Assembly: GCA_039920385.1 (NCBI GenBank)
Contig: JBDSDR010000023.1
Location: 6,430 to 70,429 of the forward strand
DNA from: Candidatus Saccharimonadales bacterium
Lineage (GTDB): Bacteria; Patescibacteriota; Saccharimonadia; Saccharimonadales; JAUPVS01
Reading direction: 5' to 3'
Length of the DNA stretch: 64,000 bases
Position 1 is the stretch's first letter. The number at the start of each line of letters is the position of its first letter. Shown piece after piece: positions 63,709-64,000 of the stretch. Made by a program: the position numbers and the translations under genes. Below the pieces are notes generated by a model. The model had not been told where the DNA came from. It saw nothing but the letters and a program-made list of their open reading frames with translations, and searched no databases.

Positions 63709-63847
63709 ATATATAGTAATCCAATTGTCCGTTAGATTAAAGCCTTTGCTCAGCTTGACTGATTGGCTCAAGGGGTGTATTACATAAATATACACTTTGT
63801 AGGTTCTTTCGTTATTAATAGTCGCTATTAAGAAGAAGGAGATGAGT

Positions 63848-64000
63848 ATGGCCCTAACTCATGACCACCCAGACCAAAGCACCTTGGAAGCACCGATTGA
63901 TGCTTTAGCCCCAGATGTCCTCAACCCAGTAGAGCAAACTACACATGGCCGCGGCCGACGAATTGCTGGAATTGTTGGTGTGGCTGGTCTGGCCTTGGTT
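63848..64000 (+). CDS. Hypothetical membrane protein, N-terminal fragment that runs off the window end
   Basis: GAAGGAG SD, then ATG 63848. Manual translation: MALTHDHPDQSTLEAPIDALAPDVLNPVEQTTHGRGRRIAGIVGVAGLALV... It is in frame to position 64000. Confidence 0.5.
   Translation, partial: MALTHDHPDQSTLEAPIDALAPDVLNPVEQTTHGRGRRIAGIVGVAGLALV

Overview
This is a gene-dense, mostly minus-strand chromosomal segment. It uses the standard genetic code (TGA is a stop). No rRNA, CRISPR array, transposase or integrase is visible. The gene content suggests a small-genome, Gram-positive-type CPR/Patescibacteria organism, most like Saccharibacteria (TM7); that placement is inference from content only. The housekeeping backbone is ftsK, RNase J, a family-4-like UDG, pnp, rpsO, truB, a DHH (NrnA-like) phosphoesterase, rpsT, holA, mutM, a DUF721/DciA-like gene, polA, a second RpoD-like sigma, a polyprenyl synthase, dnaG-rpoD, orn, msrB, mscL, argS, PGI/PMI, groES-groEL with a CIRCE operator, a MurE-like ligase, tsaD, valS, HIT, an AI-2E transporter, comF, hsp20 and four tRNAs (Ser-CGA, Arg-GCG, Ser-GCU, Ser-UGA). 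A 508-codon minus-strand ORF at 1..1524, absent from the supplied track, runs off the window start and has a phage tail-fibre-like N-terminus. The observations most worth follow-up are these. (1) A seven-gene operon (60061-63795) holds six tandem, divergent VirB2/TrbC-like pilin paralogues. (2) A tRNA-Arg-flanking array of four small cassettes (53599-56160) is separated by direct copies of a repeat that resembles a tRNA 3' end and carries its own terminator; an 11-bp duplication of the tRNA 3' end lies at its start. (3) Two copies of a ~100-nt element sit right after tRNA terminators and have covarying hairpins. (4) A translationally coupled operon encodes a CDP-alcohol phosphatidyltransferase, a PHP phosphoesterase and an archaeal-type CarS-like protein. 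(5) A 594-aa protein with duplicated sigma-region-4-like modules is coupled to the second sigma factor. (6) DnaG has all four zinc ligands substituted. (7) -10 hexamers sit 6-9 nt upstream of many start codons, implying leaderless transcripts. All family calls come from motif recognition by eye; no database search was run.
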